64,000 nt of DNA from Octopus bimaculoides (GCF_001194135.2 NC_068983.1:25778598-25842597), one strand, 5' to 3'. Positions 13,105 through 26,287 are shown, numbered from the stretch's first letter. Numbers and translations are program-made. Notes: generated by a model from the sequence alone, not told the origin.

Positions 13105-13300
13105 TCATTAAATGTTTTTGGTGATTTCTGGTGAGAAGATATGATCTTGTGCTGCAACTAAAAATCCTTGAGTCTCTGCTTTGAGCTCTGAGCTTCTCAG
13201 TTATTGTTGGGATCTTGCGTTGTCTATTTCTTTTCTGTTTAGTTTCACCCAATATTTGCCATGAAGGGGCTGTTCTTGCAATCGTTTTATCACGATCCGT
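13105..13300 (-). mobile_element. R4/Dong-like (RLE) LINE fragment
   Basis: Minus-strand peptide QPLHGKYWVKLNRKEIDNARSQQ*LRSSELKAETQGFLVAAQD matches the PLHG...W L....LK.ETEG.I.AAQDQ motif. Confidence 0.75.
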
Positions 13301-13340
13301 TGCTATTCTAGTTTTAGTTTGGATATTATTTTTATTATTA

Positions 13341-13520
13341 AGGCGGCGGGCCGGCAGAATCGTTAGCACACTGAACGAGGTTATTAGCGGTATTTCGCCC
13401 GTCGTTATGTCCTTAGATCAAATTCCGCCGTGGTCGAATTTGCCTTTCATCCTTTGGGTTCGATAAATTAACTACCAGCTGCGTACTGGCCACCTCCCAA
13501 TAAATTTTAGGTCTTGGGCC
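13341..13520 (+). mobile_element. tRNA-derived SINE, family B
   Basis: aggcggcgggccggcagaatcgttagcac...caaattccgccgtggtcgaatttgcctttcatcctttgggttcgataaattaactaccagctgcgtactgg; same family as 6340. Confidence 0.9.
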
Positions 13521-13564
13521 TATAGTAGAAAAAAATATTATTACTAATATTATTTCTTTCTCTT

Positions 13565-13842
13565 TATCATGGTTTTGTTGGAGATCATGGAATCAAGTAT
13601 GCTAGCGGGACTTACTACCAGCTGCTTGCGGGACCATATTATTCGTTCTTTTCAGCTATCTAATACTTTCTGCATTATTCTGGCATCACAAGGAGGCAAA
13701 CTTTTGCAAGAGTTCTACTGGGTACTCTATTCCAATTCCCTTAATATTTTCTTGATAGTCTTCTGATACTGTTTCCAAGGACCCAACAATAATTGATACT
13801 ATCTTCACCTTATTCATTTCCCATAGCTGGGCTGTTATTATC

Positions 13843-13845
<3 letters not shown>
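13565..13845 (-). mobile_element. R4/Dong-like (RLE) LINE 3' end
   Basis: Minus-strand peptide QLWEMNKVKIVSIIVGSLETVSEDYQENIKGIGIEYPVELLQKFA resembles the RLE C-terminus LW....V.V.PIV+GALGTV......L..+GI.....LQK. It abuts an (AAT)n run. Confidence 0.7.
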
Positions 13846-13902
<57 letters not shown>

Positions 13903-14077
13903 GGCCCCAGCACGTCGAGTAAACTGGTTAACGGCGTTACGTTCTATGTTCAAAATTTCACATTGCATTTCATCCTTTCGAGAACGATAATGTAAATACC
14001 AGTTGTGGACTGAGTCTGTATACTCAACTTATGTTCTCTCTGGAAATTTGTAGCCTTGTGCCAAAATTTGAAACCTA

Positions 14078-14134
14078 TAGTAGTAGCAGTAGAAGAAGAA
14101 GAAGAAGAAGAAGAAGAAGAAGAAGAAGAAGAAG

Positions 14135-14225
<91 letters not shown>

Positions 14226-14250
14226 GGTGGTGGTGGTGGTAGTAGTAGAT
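14078..14250. repeat. Compound trinucleotide microsatellite (GAA)n(GTA)n(GTG)n
   Basis: Consecutive perfect blocks of GAA, GTA and GTG. This is the source of the poly-E/V/R/S/L pseudo-ORFs. Confidence 0.95.
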
Positions 14251-15339
14251 GCAGCAGTATCAATAGTTACGAAAGTAATAATAGTTACAGTAGTAGTAGT
14301 AAATAATACTATTGTTTCTTTTTTCGTTTTGCGTGCATTTCCATTTTGATTATTTATGTTCATGGTCAAAGCACTTGCTTGCCATAATGAATACGATACC
14401 ACGTTAATTTTCAAATTTTTGAACTTTGTCCCTGTGCTGCATTATATTGTAACTACCTTGAGTTAATTACAATAATTAAAATATATGCTAATTTTATTGG
14501 TCTCAATGATATTTTTTTTAACAATAATTATTTTCTTTACAGCTTCTATTATTTTTATCGTTATTTGTTTAAATTGTTATGCTTTGTGTTCTGCCTACAT
14601 TTGATCCTGGCTTCTTGCATTGAAGTTAGTTTTCATTAATTACATCATATTTCTGTTATTTTGAATTCATTATTTATACGTTGGTGCATTACAAAAACGT
14701 GGTAAAAGATGGTTAATTAAAATTAAAAATTTTTAAAGAGAATATTTTAGTTCGCTTGAAACATTGTGTATTGTTTGTAAAGAATAAAAAGGTTTTAATG
14801 GTACAACAATGCACTATAATATTTAAAAAAATGGACTATATATTTTGTGTAATTTACGGAATACAATTCCTTCTTCAGATCTTCTTAGATGGAGTCTATG
14901 CTATAAACTGTTTACTAACGGCTTTTCTTTTGGTCTTTTTTCCGGAAGTGACGTAGTACTGATCAGACTGAACGAAGCAGTTGAGAGCAAAAGGAAATCT
15001 TGCCTAAATTAATCTGACAAAAATTATCTTGTGGTTTAACTCAAGATTATCATCAACTTTACCAAAGATTTACAAAGTACATAAGTTACAATAGCGTACT
15101 GCAGAATGGGGAGCCTGTGTAGATACATTCAGCCCATCATTTATGATTTGACTTAAACAAACTAGATATAAAGCCTTGGCATTGCTTTCGGTTGTTTTTG
15201 GCATGAATAATCCCAGAGCTTTTGCAGCAAATATGGTACGAGCACGCAGAGCATATTGCAGGATTCCATAGAAATATCCCTGTTCCGCTTCGAAAATTTG
15301 ATGCACTACATAATATATTTCTACTCTAGGTACAAAGCC

Positions 15340-15455
15340 TTTAAAAATATTTTGGGAAAGGGCTAGTCGATTACCACGATCCCAGTGCTTGACTGGTAAC
15401 TATTTCATCGACCCCGAAAGGCAAAGGCGACCTCGGCGGAATCTGAACTCAGAAT
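15340..15455 (-). mobile_element. tRNA-derived SINE, family B (partial)
   Basis: cccagtgcttgactggtaactatttcatcgaccccgaaaggcaaaggcgacctcggcggaatctgaactcagaa matches the 6340 and 39131 copies. Confidence 0.8.
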
Positions 15456-16579
15456 GTAGCATTAAAATATACAAATACAAAAATAATAGCAATCAAATGG
15501 ACCAAATTCAAATCCATCCGTTTGAAGAGCGCTTAAAAGTGCTGCATACTTTAACGCGACTGATAAAATCCTTACCAAAATAAATTGAACAACGTGCAAC
15601 GAACTATGTATTTTCTGATGTGAGTAACTATGTCCTTATTTCCAGTGTCAATACAATTTTCATCTGGGTTCAGTAATATATGTATATATAGACATATGTG
15701 TGCAAATATGTATATATATAAATATATACGTATATACGCACACATACATGCCCCCCCCCTACACATATATACGAAAAAACCTTGCTAAACAGTAATTTAT
15801 ATAGATCTTTTTGGCCTTTTAGCAGTTTGACAATTCCAAAATATTTACATATTATTTCATGATGCTNNNNNNNNNNNNNNNNNNNNNNNNNNNNNNNNNN
15901 NNNNNNNNNNNNNNNNNNNNNNNNNNNNNNNNNNNNNNNNNNNNNNNNNNNNNNNNNNNNNNNNNNNNNNNNNNNNNNNNNNNNNNNNNNNNNNNNNNNN
16001 NNNNNNNNNNNNNNNNNNNNNNNNNNNNNNNNNNNNNNNNNNNNNNNNNNNNNNNNNNNNNNNNNNNNNNNNNNNNNNNNNNNNNNNNNNNNATATATAC
16101 ATAATATAAAAAAATATATGTATATATAGACATATGTGTGCAAATATGTATATATATAAATATATACGTATATACGCACACATACATGCCCCCCCCCTAC
16201 ACATATATACGAAAAAACCTTGCTAAACAGTAATTTATATAGATCTTTTTGGCCTTTTAGCAGTTTGACAATTCCAAAATATTTACATATTATTTCATGA
16301 TGCTTTTTATCACGTTCGTGTCCCAATGGGTATGAAAGCAATGGTCATGTGCGTTCTGAACTTTATCACTTCGGTATTTTCACAAATATGAATACTATTA
16401 GAAATTAAGTGTGCATCTAAAAGTGTTTTATTTCAATGAATCAAAAAACTGTTTTCTGTTGATACAGATTTCCAGCCCATTCACACACTTACGAACAAAT
16501 ACAACCAGATATATACTTATGCATATATGACTGTTTCTGTATGAACGTTACTGTGTAAGGAAGCATATATTTGTTCGTG

Positions 16580-16631
<52 letters not shown>

Positions 16632-17257
16632 CACACACACACATACACACACATATATATATATATATATAATTGATGAAAATATTTCATAAATTTAAGT
16701 AAATGTGTGTAGTGTTGGATAAAAGAATTCTAAAAAAATTAATATATTCAACGCAATTTACTGNNNNNNNNNNNNNNNNNNNNNNNNNNNNNNNNNNNNN
16801 NNNNNNNNNNNNNNNNNNNNNNNNNNNNNNNNNNNNNNNNNNNNNNNNNNNNNNNNNNNNNNNNNNNNNNNNNNNNNNNNNNNNNNNNNNNNNNNNNNNN
16901 NNNNNNNNNNNNNNNNNNNNNNNNNNNNNNNNNNNNNNNNNNNNNNNNNNNNNNNNNNNNNNNNNNNNNNNNNNNNNNNNNNNNNNNNNNNNNNNNNNNN
17001 NNNNNNNNNNNNNNNNNNNNNNNNNNNNNNNNNNNNNNNNNNNNNNNNNNNNNNNNNNNNNNNNNNNNNNNNNNNNNNNNNNNNNNNNNNNNNNNNNNNN
17101 NNNNNNNNNNNNNNNNNNNNNNNNNNNNNNNNNNNNNNNNNNNNNNNNNNNNNNNNNNNNNNNNNNNNNNNNNNNNNNNNNNNNNNNNNNNNNNNNNNNN
17201 NNNNNNNNNNNNNNNNNNNNNNNNNNNNNNNNNNNNNNNNNNNNNNNNNNNNNNNNN

Positions 17258-17315
<58 letters not shown>

Positions 17316-18249
17316 AAGGGAATGAGTGGGAAGTAGTGTGAGAGCAAGTGAGAGAGAGTAAGGCATAGAAATGCGGTACAATATCTGCGTTTTCCATTAT
17401 TATACACCGTGTTCTCAAATACATCACTATTATTTACGTAAAAGAAGTTGGAAAGAAATATACCCATATGAGAATATGAAGTCCATTGTGAAATGAATTA
17501 TATCAATATTTTGTTGCCTTTATACACACTTGGGAGAGAAGTCCAATGTTTTAAACAATATAGCATCCAATTTTGAAGACGTTAACAAACGTAAAATTGT
17601 CTAAAGAAATGAAGATAATCAGAATTACATGTATTTCTATAGAAAATTGTCTTTTTATTATCCGCAAAGTAATTTTCAATACCCTTGGTATAATTCTATA
17701 TAGAGAGTGTAAATTGTCCAAGCGTTCATTTGTGCATTTCATTGAATGATGTTTACCTTAGAGAGATGGAAAATTTCCGTTAGAACAAAACATCTTTTCT
17801 AAGACATAATAATTCAGCTAAGAATCTTTGCAACTACTGCAGCAATCAGATATTAACAACAAAAGCACCCTTCCCTCTAACACCACCAACAGCTCAATTA
17901 TCACATAAATAAGAATCAGAAATAGAAGTTGGTAATATGTTTTATGCTTTGCATCAGCTGATTCATATCTGCATTTCCACCATCGTTTTTATACGCGTAA
18001 AACATATATGCAGATGCTTTAATATTCCTTTGTCTGACAATAAATCCTTAAAAGAAATCGGTCTCATTGTTGTTTCGAAGCAAAATTTACAACAGAGAAT
18101 CGGTAATCCAAAACACAGAACCCCAAGATCTGCTTATGTATTTGGAAGCTGTAACATCTAAAATGCATATTGAAATTTGACTATCTACCTGTACGTTCGT
18201 ACAACAGATGATTACTGCTATGAAATGCTACTGAGTTCTTAGAAGTGTT

Positions 18250-18635
18250 GTGGAGGCGCAATGGCCAAGTGGTTAGGGCAGCGGACTCGCGGTCATAAGA
18301 TCGCGGTTTCGATCCCAGACCGGGCGTTGTGAGTGTTTATTAAGCGAAAACACCTAAAGCTCCACGAGGCTCCGGCAGGGGATGGTGGCGAACCCTGCTG
18401 TACTCTTTCACCACAACTTTCTCTCACTCTTACTTCTTGTTTCTGTTGTACCTCTATTTCAAAGGGCCAAACTTGTCTCACTGTGTCACGCTGAATATCC
18501 CCGAGAACTACGTTAAGGGTACACGTGTCTGTGGAGTGCTCAGCCATTTGCACGTTAATTTCACGAGCAGGCTGTTCCGTTGATTGAATCAACTGGAACC
18601 CTCGACGTCGTAAGCGACGGAGTGCCAACAACAAC
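18250..18635 (+). mobile_element. tRNA-derived SINE, family C (apparently full length)
   Basis: Has a tRNA-like head (ggaggcgcaatggccaagtggttagggcagcggac...gcggtttcgatcccagaccgggcg, with A and B boxes), a GC-rich body and a tail ...gtaagcgacggagtgccaacaacaac. A tail fragment (acgacggagtgccaa) recurs near 23662. Confidence 0.8.
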
Positions 18636-20009
18636 TTTGAAGTGTTAATAAATACCAGTTTAAGATTTCAAATAGTGTTGACATTAATATGCGATATGAT
18701 ATACGAAATATTATCTATTGCTACGTGTATATATGTACTATTTTACTTTCCCCTCTGTTGCAGGTTGCTAGATTTCACTACGGAATAATAAGGCATCAAT
18801 TCATGTTTTGAGCAGACTATACCAACCGCATATTTATTTGCTAAAACACAGAGACCTATGAGTGTGTGGATTTTTCAGGCGTGCAATTCTGAGTAGCCGT
18901 GTAGCGAACCAACAGATTTACGTAAATACATAAATATATCTTTTACTCGCTTGGACTTAAAAAGCAATGTCTGCATTTATGTATTTGCCCATGTCTGTCT
19001 CTTTCTATCTATATGCACACATACGTTTTTACATATAGATGTATGCATGTGTGTGTGTATATATATATGTGTATGTGTGTGCGTGTGTATGTACGTGTGT
19101 GTATGTATGCATACATACACTATATACATATGTGTGTGTGTGTGTGTATGTATATACATATACACACACATACAAACACACACATACACACACACACACA
19201 TTGTGCGAGTGTAACAATATTGGAGAATTCGTTCGTGAATGAAATATATTAGGGATGTTTCGATAGTTTTTGTGCTCGAATTATGCATTCCGCATTAGTT
19301 GAGATTCCGACGTCCGAAGTTCTCGCTTTACCAGATATTCATGTATCGGTATATACCTATATATCAGTATTAGTGCAACGGATATTATTCCTATTATTTC
19401 GTCTGTATCAGAAACAGTTCATTACCATATTTAGATATCCAGTGTTCTGTATTCCTTATCTATTTTAATCTTATATAGGGACATAACTTCATTATGTTGA
19501 GAAATGTATCTTTAATATTATTGTAACCAGTAAGAACATATTTCCCGGGTTATGATATAACTTCAACCCATTCATTATTAAGTTGTCTCAGGATATATGA
19601 GACGTATAGTATAAAATGTGATAAAGAACATAACATCATAGGTGCATATCAATATTTGTTATAACTATATTTCCTGCAATATATGAAGAAGTCGAAGAAT
19701 TTCTCGAGAAACATGAATATTTGGAGAAATTCCTTTGCATTTGGATTTTAAAAAATTCTTAACTGTGGAATTTTATATTTCAAAATCTGTCAATATTGTA
19801 TGAGCATATGTTCTATAAAGATCACGCAGCATGTTGATTAATTAAACATTCCTAATTAAATTCTAAAATAAGGAAAAACAAATTAAGAAGTACTTAATTA
19901 ATGCAACAACTTTACATGAAGACAAAGTGGTGCTTGAGCTGGGGGCTGAGTGTTATAGGAATTATCTTGAAAAAATATCAAGAATTTATAAAATTAAATG
20001 AAACCTTAC

Positions 20010-20054
20010 CTGTTCAATCCAGACATTTGTTGTCAGCACTTGGTTAACTTCATC
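20010..20054 (-). CDS. Internal 45-nt exon of a nicotinic acetylcholine receptor-type Cys-loop ligand-gated ion channel subunit
   Basis: Minus strand reads ttcttttatctattctcttccacAG|GATGAAGTTAACCAAGTGCTGACAACAAATGTCTGGATTGAACAG|GTAAGG, which translates as DEVNQVLTTNVWIEQ in phase 0/0. Sequence, 45-nt length and phases all match the conserved nAChR exon (DEVNQ/DEKNQ...TTNVW). The subunit cannot be identified from 15 aa. Confidence 0.88.
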
Positions 20055-21732
20055 CTGTGGAAGAGAATAGATAAAAGAAATTGTTATTTAGTGCAATCAA
20101 CGGTAATAAATTGACAATCTCTTGAATCTGTAATATAAAATTTAATTGATTAACTGCATAATCAATCATATGGCTTTCGGATAACCTTCACTTTTATCAG
20201 AACTATAATTTATGCTAAGATACAATTTGTCTAGCACTCAAAATGATAACCGAATGTTTTACTATTCTAATTTTTTTAGTGTTAGATGTTAAAAATAATC
20301 ATTTAGAAAATGTCGACGCTAAATCATTGTGCAAACTTTGCTGTTATATCCTATTTCAGGGCAAAACATTTTGAAATAATGTAAATTAATCGATAATACT
20401 TGGCAGTTTCATTTATGCTTTTATTTTCATAATTAATGTTTCCTATAAACTTTTTCAAAATGTTCGTTTCGGAAGTTCAACGATACCTTACATTAATACT
20501 TTTTGATCTTGCATTAACTTTCAGGATGTCTCAAAGAAATAAATACCTTCTGTTTATTTTATCTTTCGTTGGCATTGCCGCACTCCATGGAATACAACAT
20601 GATTTGTCTTATTAGTTTATCGGAGTAGTGGAGGGTGGTAACAACCAAGTAATTGGTTGGCATCACAGTGAAGTTAAGCAAATATGAGTTAAGCAAATAT
20701 GTATTCAACTGGTGTAGATTAATTTTTATTGAACATTCTCATCCAGGGACTGATTTTCATTTCTTGGGAGTTGTGAAGACGAAGTATTGGATAAAGTAAA
20801 TACACGTGCACAGAGAGCGTTGGGATATTTCAAAAATAATTATAGGTACACTAAATGAGGAAAATAGTAAAAAATCTTGATTGCAGGTTAGTCGATTAAT
20901 ATGTAGCCAAATTTTGACGAGCTGACAGGTAGTTTTTGTTTGTATATGTAAAAGCGCGCTCTCTCTCTCTCTCTGATATGTAAAGAGCAATAACGTTCTA
21001 CGAGATCTGTATAGAGTAACGTATAACACCGAGTATGCTATCCGGTCCAGAATAGGATATGTGGTAGTAATTACACATTTAATTCTAATTCTGATATCAC
21101 TGTCATCAAAATTGATAAGACTTGTCAGTTATTAAACATATAGAAATTTGTATATGCGAGTTGCATTTAATGCAAGATACCTTGTTTGATATCTATTGCG
21201 ACTGAGTGTTAGTTTTCTGAAAGGAAATAGCAGAAGCACTTTGCCGAATTTCGGATATTTTCAAAAAACAATTAAGAAAAATAAAGAAAGCATACAATTT
21301 TTTAATAAAATGTTTATGTTGATTATAATTATCCAATGTATTCTGAATATTAATGAGAAGTAAAACTAAGAATCCGATAGGAAACGGCATGGAAGTAGTT
21401 TATTCTACATAAATTAAATCCAAAATTTGAGTCATAACAGTAGATATCAAGATGACTACGAAACAATGAGGAAGTCTTTCAGAGTCTATCTACATGAAAT
21501 AATATCACTGAAAGCTCTTTTTATGCCTCAATAATCAAATAATGTGACCCTCAGTTCCCGTAAAAAGATGGGATTGTCATACTTATCCCAATATTAGCTC
21601 TAAGCCGTGGACAGATATGGTGCTTTTACGAATTTTATGATAAGAGAAAATTTTCTTTAGGCTAATTGCAGTGAATTGGCGTTTTAGCAGTTGAAATATG
21701 TCACAAACACATTTTAACTAATCTACGTTTTG

Positions 21733-21735
<3 letters not shown>

Positions 21736-21804
<69 letters not shown>
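21736..21804. repeat. (TA)n microsatellite
   Basis: Long pure TA run. Confidence 0.95.
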
Positions 21805-21812
<8 letters not shown>

Positions 21813-23849
21813 CATATGTCTGTATAATACAACCTAAATTTTCAGTTTGGCTGAAAACGATGTCATTAGGTTTCTCTCTAGCCTAAGATTGTAGTATTGC
21901 CTGGAAATATTCGCTGATTATGTCTGCTTAAGTAACTAAATGAATTTATTTATGTTATATATTTATAATGCAGCCTTGTCTGCAACTAAAAACAAAAGGG
22001 GTATGATGAGATCAATACAGCAACGTGAAATACATTCTTTGATAATTTTATTTGCATTTGTATCATAATTAACTGTTAATTGATAGAAAAGCCAATTATG
22101 ATAATACCCTTTTGAAAGGTCTAAAATATTTGTTGCAGTTCCCGAAGGTTAAAAAACAGGTAGTATTTTATCAGATTCTGTTTATTTGAATGCGTTACTA
22201 TTTGCAAATAGAAACTGGTGCGTACATAGTTTTACATTATTATCATCACTACATCAAAAGTTCAGTAAAGCAGACGCAAACTGCGAGGCCTTTTGACATT
22301 AAGTATGAATTTATTTTAATAATACTTTTGGGATATGCATAATTTGTTTCAAGCTAAACGTTTTTGCACACTCGTACAAAGAGACCAATATTGCTATTAA
22401 TATAAACAAAGTCTGCTTTTAACACTGAGAAGTCTTCCGTGATCATGAACATGGAAACAGACAAAGGTTATACTTTAACATTCATTTCATAATCATTAGG
22501 CTTTGATGTTTTAACGGAATATAATAGAATAACTACTAATATTTTAGATATTTGTGATACAGATATGCGCAAAATGAATTACATTTCAATGCAATAGCTT
22601 AATGTTATGGCAAGAAAATGCAAGATCAAGTCCGATGCATTTGAATTTAGAACGCTGGCGAACGAAACTCTGTATGTCCCGCGTATTTCCCGATGCCTGC
22701 ATATCTAGGGATGAAAATACTTTCTCAGAAATGCAACATTTGTGCGAAGGCATAGTCCACTATAGTCAGCTTTAACGAGTACTTATCATAGTGAATACAG
22801 AATCATAGCAAGGAATTCGCCCAATGCCATCTAATTTGATAACGCAAAGGAAAGCAAATTAAAATCAAAGGCTAATTTGTTTAGCGCATTACCGATTCTT
22901 CTTTTCATATATAATATTTTAAAAACTATTGTTTCTTTATTACTAAGCTCGATTGTTCTTGAAACTGGAAAAAATGTATATGTAGATCAGATTTTTAGAA
23001 AGCAAGCTACAATGAAATATTTTGAATTGAATATAGAATATAAAAAAAAAAAAAATCTTTGCATATTTATAAATGCCATCAGAAGCACTTTCCTTAAGGT
23101 TATTTACAATCAATACTTCTATAACTGTCTTATAAATTCATACGTATAACTAATATCAAAGTTAAACTTTTACTGTTTGCACTAGATTCATTCTGTTTCT
23201 ATTCGTATTTGAAATAGCTATGAATTTCATGAAGCTTTATATGTATAAATGCATTTTCGGTAAGTTATCTCAGATACGTACACCAATGTATTATATTTTA
23301 CATACTTCATTTAGTTAATGCTTTTCTACGTGGTAGCGTAATTTGCTAGATGTAGCAGCCATATCCCAAAAATATTCTGATCCATCGAAAAAAAAAAAGA
23401 TCACATTTGAAAATGTAAGCTTGTATTACAAAAGACTGTTCTGTTAAGACTGGAGGACCGTCGAATGATAGCTTACCCGATCAGCGTTGATTTAGTGCAC
23501 GTTTTGGTTGTCTGATAAATTCCTTCAGTTAGTTACATTGTTTTTTCAATTAACACGAAAATAAAATCATGCTTTATAGGTGTTTTTTCTTCAGCTTTAT
23601 GCATTCTTCTATAATTTTTGTTTATTGTTTTTGAAGTTTAAATAAACGTTTCAATCATATAACGACGGAGTGCCAAGTGTTAGAAAACTGAACATTATCA
23701 ACAGATTCTATCCGTTTTCAATCTAAGTTACATTGATAACACAAGAACATTTTGTGCTCAGTTGGGAAAAGGTGCTTTACCTGACCTGCCAAGAAATGAT
23801 CTCTTACTATTTAAGGAGAGATGATTGAAACTCACAGACTCTCGGCATT

Positions 23850-24470
23850 ACAATTGTTCTGTAAAATGTGGTTTGAGTGCAAAATCTCATTCACTAGGAT
23901 CCGCACCAATCCACAAAGGAATTGACCTATCAGAAGGATGCTTTCAATATACTGTGACCCGCTAATTTCACTGGATGGGTACCTCAAGCATTGAATGAGT
24001 ATCGAATACTAGCACTCCTCAATCATGTTTTGCGTCCGACAAAAGGTTACTTGTGGACTCAAATAGAAATTTATTTACCGCATTGTCACCGGTGTTGAAA
24101 AAAGGTGTCTCTTGGTCAATATGAAATAAAGGAAAGAATATTTTGCGCAGTAACAACCAAGGAGCAACTCGACGCTATCCAGATAAGCATACATGCCAGA
24201 AAATGATAAGCGTTTGGCTGATTTAAGGAGGATTAATCCACTACAAAATGGCTGAAGAAAATAAAGTATACTGCCAATACAGTGTTTTACGTCCAGAAAA
24301 TGTACCTGCTCAATGGCGCAATCTAGCTGAAAAGACACGACCGGTGATACGGTACGCTTCTTCAGTGCGATAACGATGGTAGCTACGTTGCTAATTTGAC
24401 CAAAAATGCTACGCAAGAGATCAGTTTTAAAATAGAACCTACTTTGACCAGAAGATGTAGACGAAATACC
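23850..24470 (+). mobile_element. Decayed mariner transposase relic
   Basis: Reads YRIVTGVEKRCLLVNMK*RKEY (the RIVTGDEKW motif) at about 24075 and TLLQCDNDGSYVANLTKNA (the LLHDNARPHVA motif) at about 24355, with many stops. Confidence 0.75.
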
Positions 24471-24479
24471 AATAATCAT

Positions 24480-24830
24480 ATGATAGAAAAGAAGTAAAGA
24501 AACAAAAGAGGAGAAAATAAGGTATCAGAGTAAGTGAGAGAGAGAAGATAGAAAGAAATTAAACGAGAAAAGGAAGAGAGAAAGGGAGCGAGTGAGAGAA
24601 AGAGAGAGAAATAATATGAGAGAGAGAGAAATAATATGTGATAGGAAACGGGAAAGAATGTATATAGAAAGAATGTACCTGAGGGAGAGAGAGACAGAGG
24701 AAGAAAGAGAGAGTGAAAGAGAGAGAAAGATAGAGAAAGGGAAAAAGAGAGAAAGGGAAAAAGAGAGAAAGGAGAGAGTGTAAGAGAAGGCGGGAAGAAA
24801 AGAGTGAGAAGGAGAGAGAGAGTGTATGAG
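24480..24830. repeat. GA-rich low-complexity purine tract
   Basis: About 350 nt of imperfect (GA/GAAA)n. Confidence 0.85.
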
Positions 24831-24959
24831 ATCAAACACATTTCAGTAAATAGAAAACAGATTCTATTCTGTTACATGACTGTTTCAGCTTTTAAGCTGC
24901 GACCACGCTGGGCCTCTATATTCAGAGGATTTAATCGGATTTTATCGTCAAAAATATTT

Positions 24960-25877
24960 TACACTTAACTTGCATTATCGAGGCCATCTTTCGTATACGG
25001 AGCCGTATATGGGATGGATAAGTTGGGCATGATATACAACAAGGACGGTAAGACAAATGATTTGTAAAGAGCCAAATTTGTATGGTTATTTATATGTCGC
25101 TGGCGCCAAACACGTGACTCCAAGCTACCAAATGCTTTTGCTGCCCTTTGTATTCGCAGATATATTTCTGTATCAAGATTTCCATCATTTAGTACAGAGC
25201 TTCCAAGGTAGATGAACGAATCGACAACCTCAAGTAACTTACTGTTAACAAAAATTTTAGTGGCGTTTCAAATAGCACCACACGCAGGTTGAATCATTAA
25301 AACAGCTGTTTTCAAGTTTATGGTCAGACCAAAATCATCACAAGCTGAGTCAAAAGCAGATACAAGAGATTGCACACCTGTTTCAGAATGACTGAGAAGA
25401 ACGCAATTGGCAGCGTATAAAAGTTTTCTAATGAGTGAAGTAAAAACCTTTATTTTGAATTTCAGTGTTGCTCAGATGAAAAACGTTTCCTGTTGCTGGC
25501 TATTTTATGTACACACCTTACTCAGAGTTTTGAAAAGCCTATGACAACACAACAGCAAAGTATATTGCAAAGCGGGTGGGTGCATCAAGATCTCCATGCT
25601 TTACTCCATTTTCACAGCAAAAGATTTAGGGAGCCAACCAGAAAATTAATTTTAGCTTTCATATCTTCATAAGCCCTAATCATGTTTATAATTTTTTCTG
25701 GGCAACCTATTTTCTTTAGAATTAGCCACAGAACATTTCGTTTAACAGTATCGAATGCTTTATANNNNNNNNNNNNNNNNNNNNNNNNNNNNNNNNNNNN
25801 NNNNNNNNNNNNNNNNNNNNNNNNNNNNNNNNNNNNNNNNNNNNNNNNNNNNNNNNNNNNNNNNNNNNNNNNNNNNN

Positions 25878-25915
<38 letters not shown>

Positions 25916-26110
25916 ATGTATGTATGTATGTATGTATGTATGTATGTATAAAGTCTGTTTGATGTGAAGCTGAGGCCTTTCCAGACAGGCACTTGACGCG
26001 AATACTGGGCTATCAACACCGTTGGGATCCAACCCAAGGTAGTTCTAAAAGAATTACGTAATCTATTCGGTTTCTGGGTATTGGAGAGACACTACCTCAG
26101 ACGTGCATCA
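24960..26110 (-). mobile_element. RTE-clade LINE reverse-transcriptase relic, interrupted by a gap and microsatellite
   Basis: Minus-strand peptides: YKAFDTVKRNVLWLILKKIGCPEKIINMIR, GVKHGDLDAPTRFAIYFA, RIQRAAKAFGSLESRVWRQRH and VLPSLLY. The 25880-26110 part is less certain. Confidence 0.85.
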
Positions 26111-26221
26111 AAGGCATGGTATTATATATCGGGAGGAAAGAAAAAGGTAACAAAAATTAAAAGTGTGTATGCGGGAGTATTATTATTATCATTATTATTA
26201 TTATTATTTATTCAAGGCTCT

Positions 26222-26287
26222 GTCTGGAATTGAACTCAGAATCTTGGGGTTAGTAGCCCACGTTCTTAACCGTTACGCTATATGCCC
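26222..26287 (-). mobile_element. tRNA-like head (SINE or pseudo-tRNA)
   Basis: Minus strand reads gggcatatagcgtaacggttaagaacgtgggctactaaccccaagattctgagttcaattccagaca. It has A/B-box-like motifs but imperfect stems, so it is not a functional tRNA. Confidence 0.55.

Noticed and set aside
18250-18325. tRNA-like cloverleaf start
   Set aside because: The acceptor and T stems are imperfect and it runs straight into a SINE body, so it is a SINE head rather than a tRNA gene.
18764-18920. Strong plus-strand acceptor (tactttcccctctgttgcAG|G) with a possible GTAAAT donor, suggesting an antisense exon
   Set aside because: All three frames contain stops, and a non-coding exon cannot be supported without transcript data.
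19283-19468. Plus-strand ORF containing VEIPTSEVLALPDIHV, reminiscent of the nAChR IP...WxPDIxLY motif close to the real exon
   Set aside because: It is on the wrong strand relative to the micro-exon, lacks the invariant Trp and has no fitting splice sites; probably chance.
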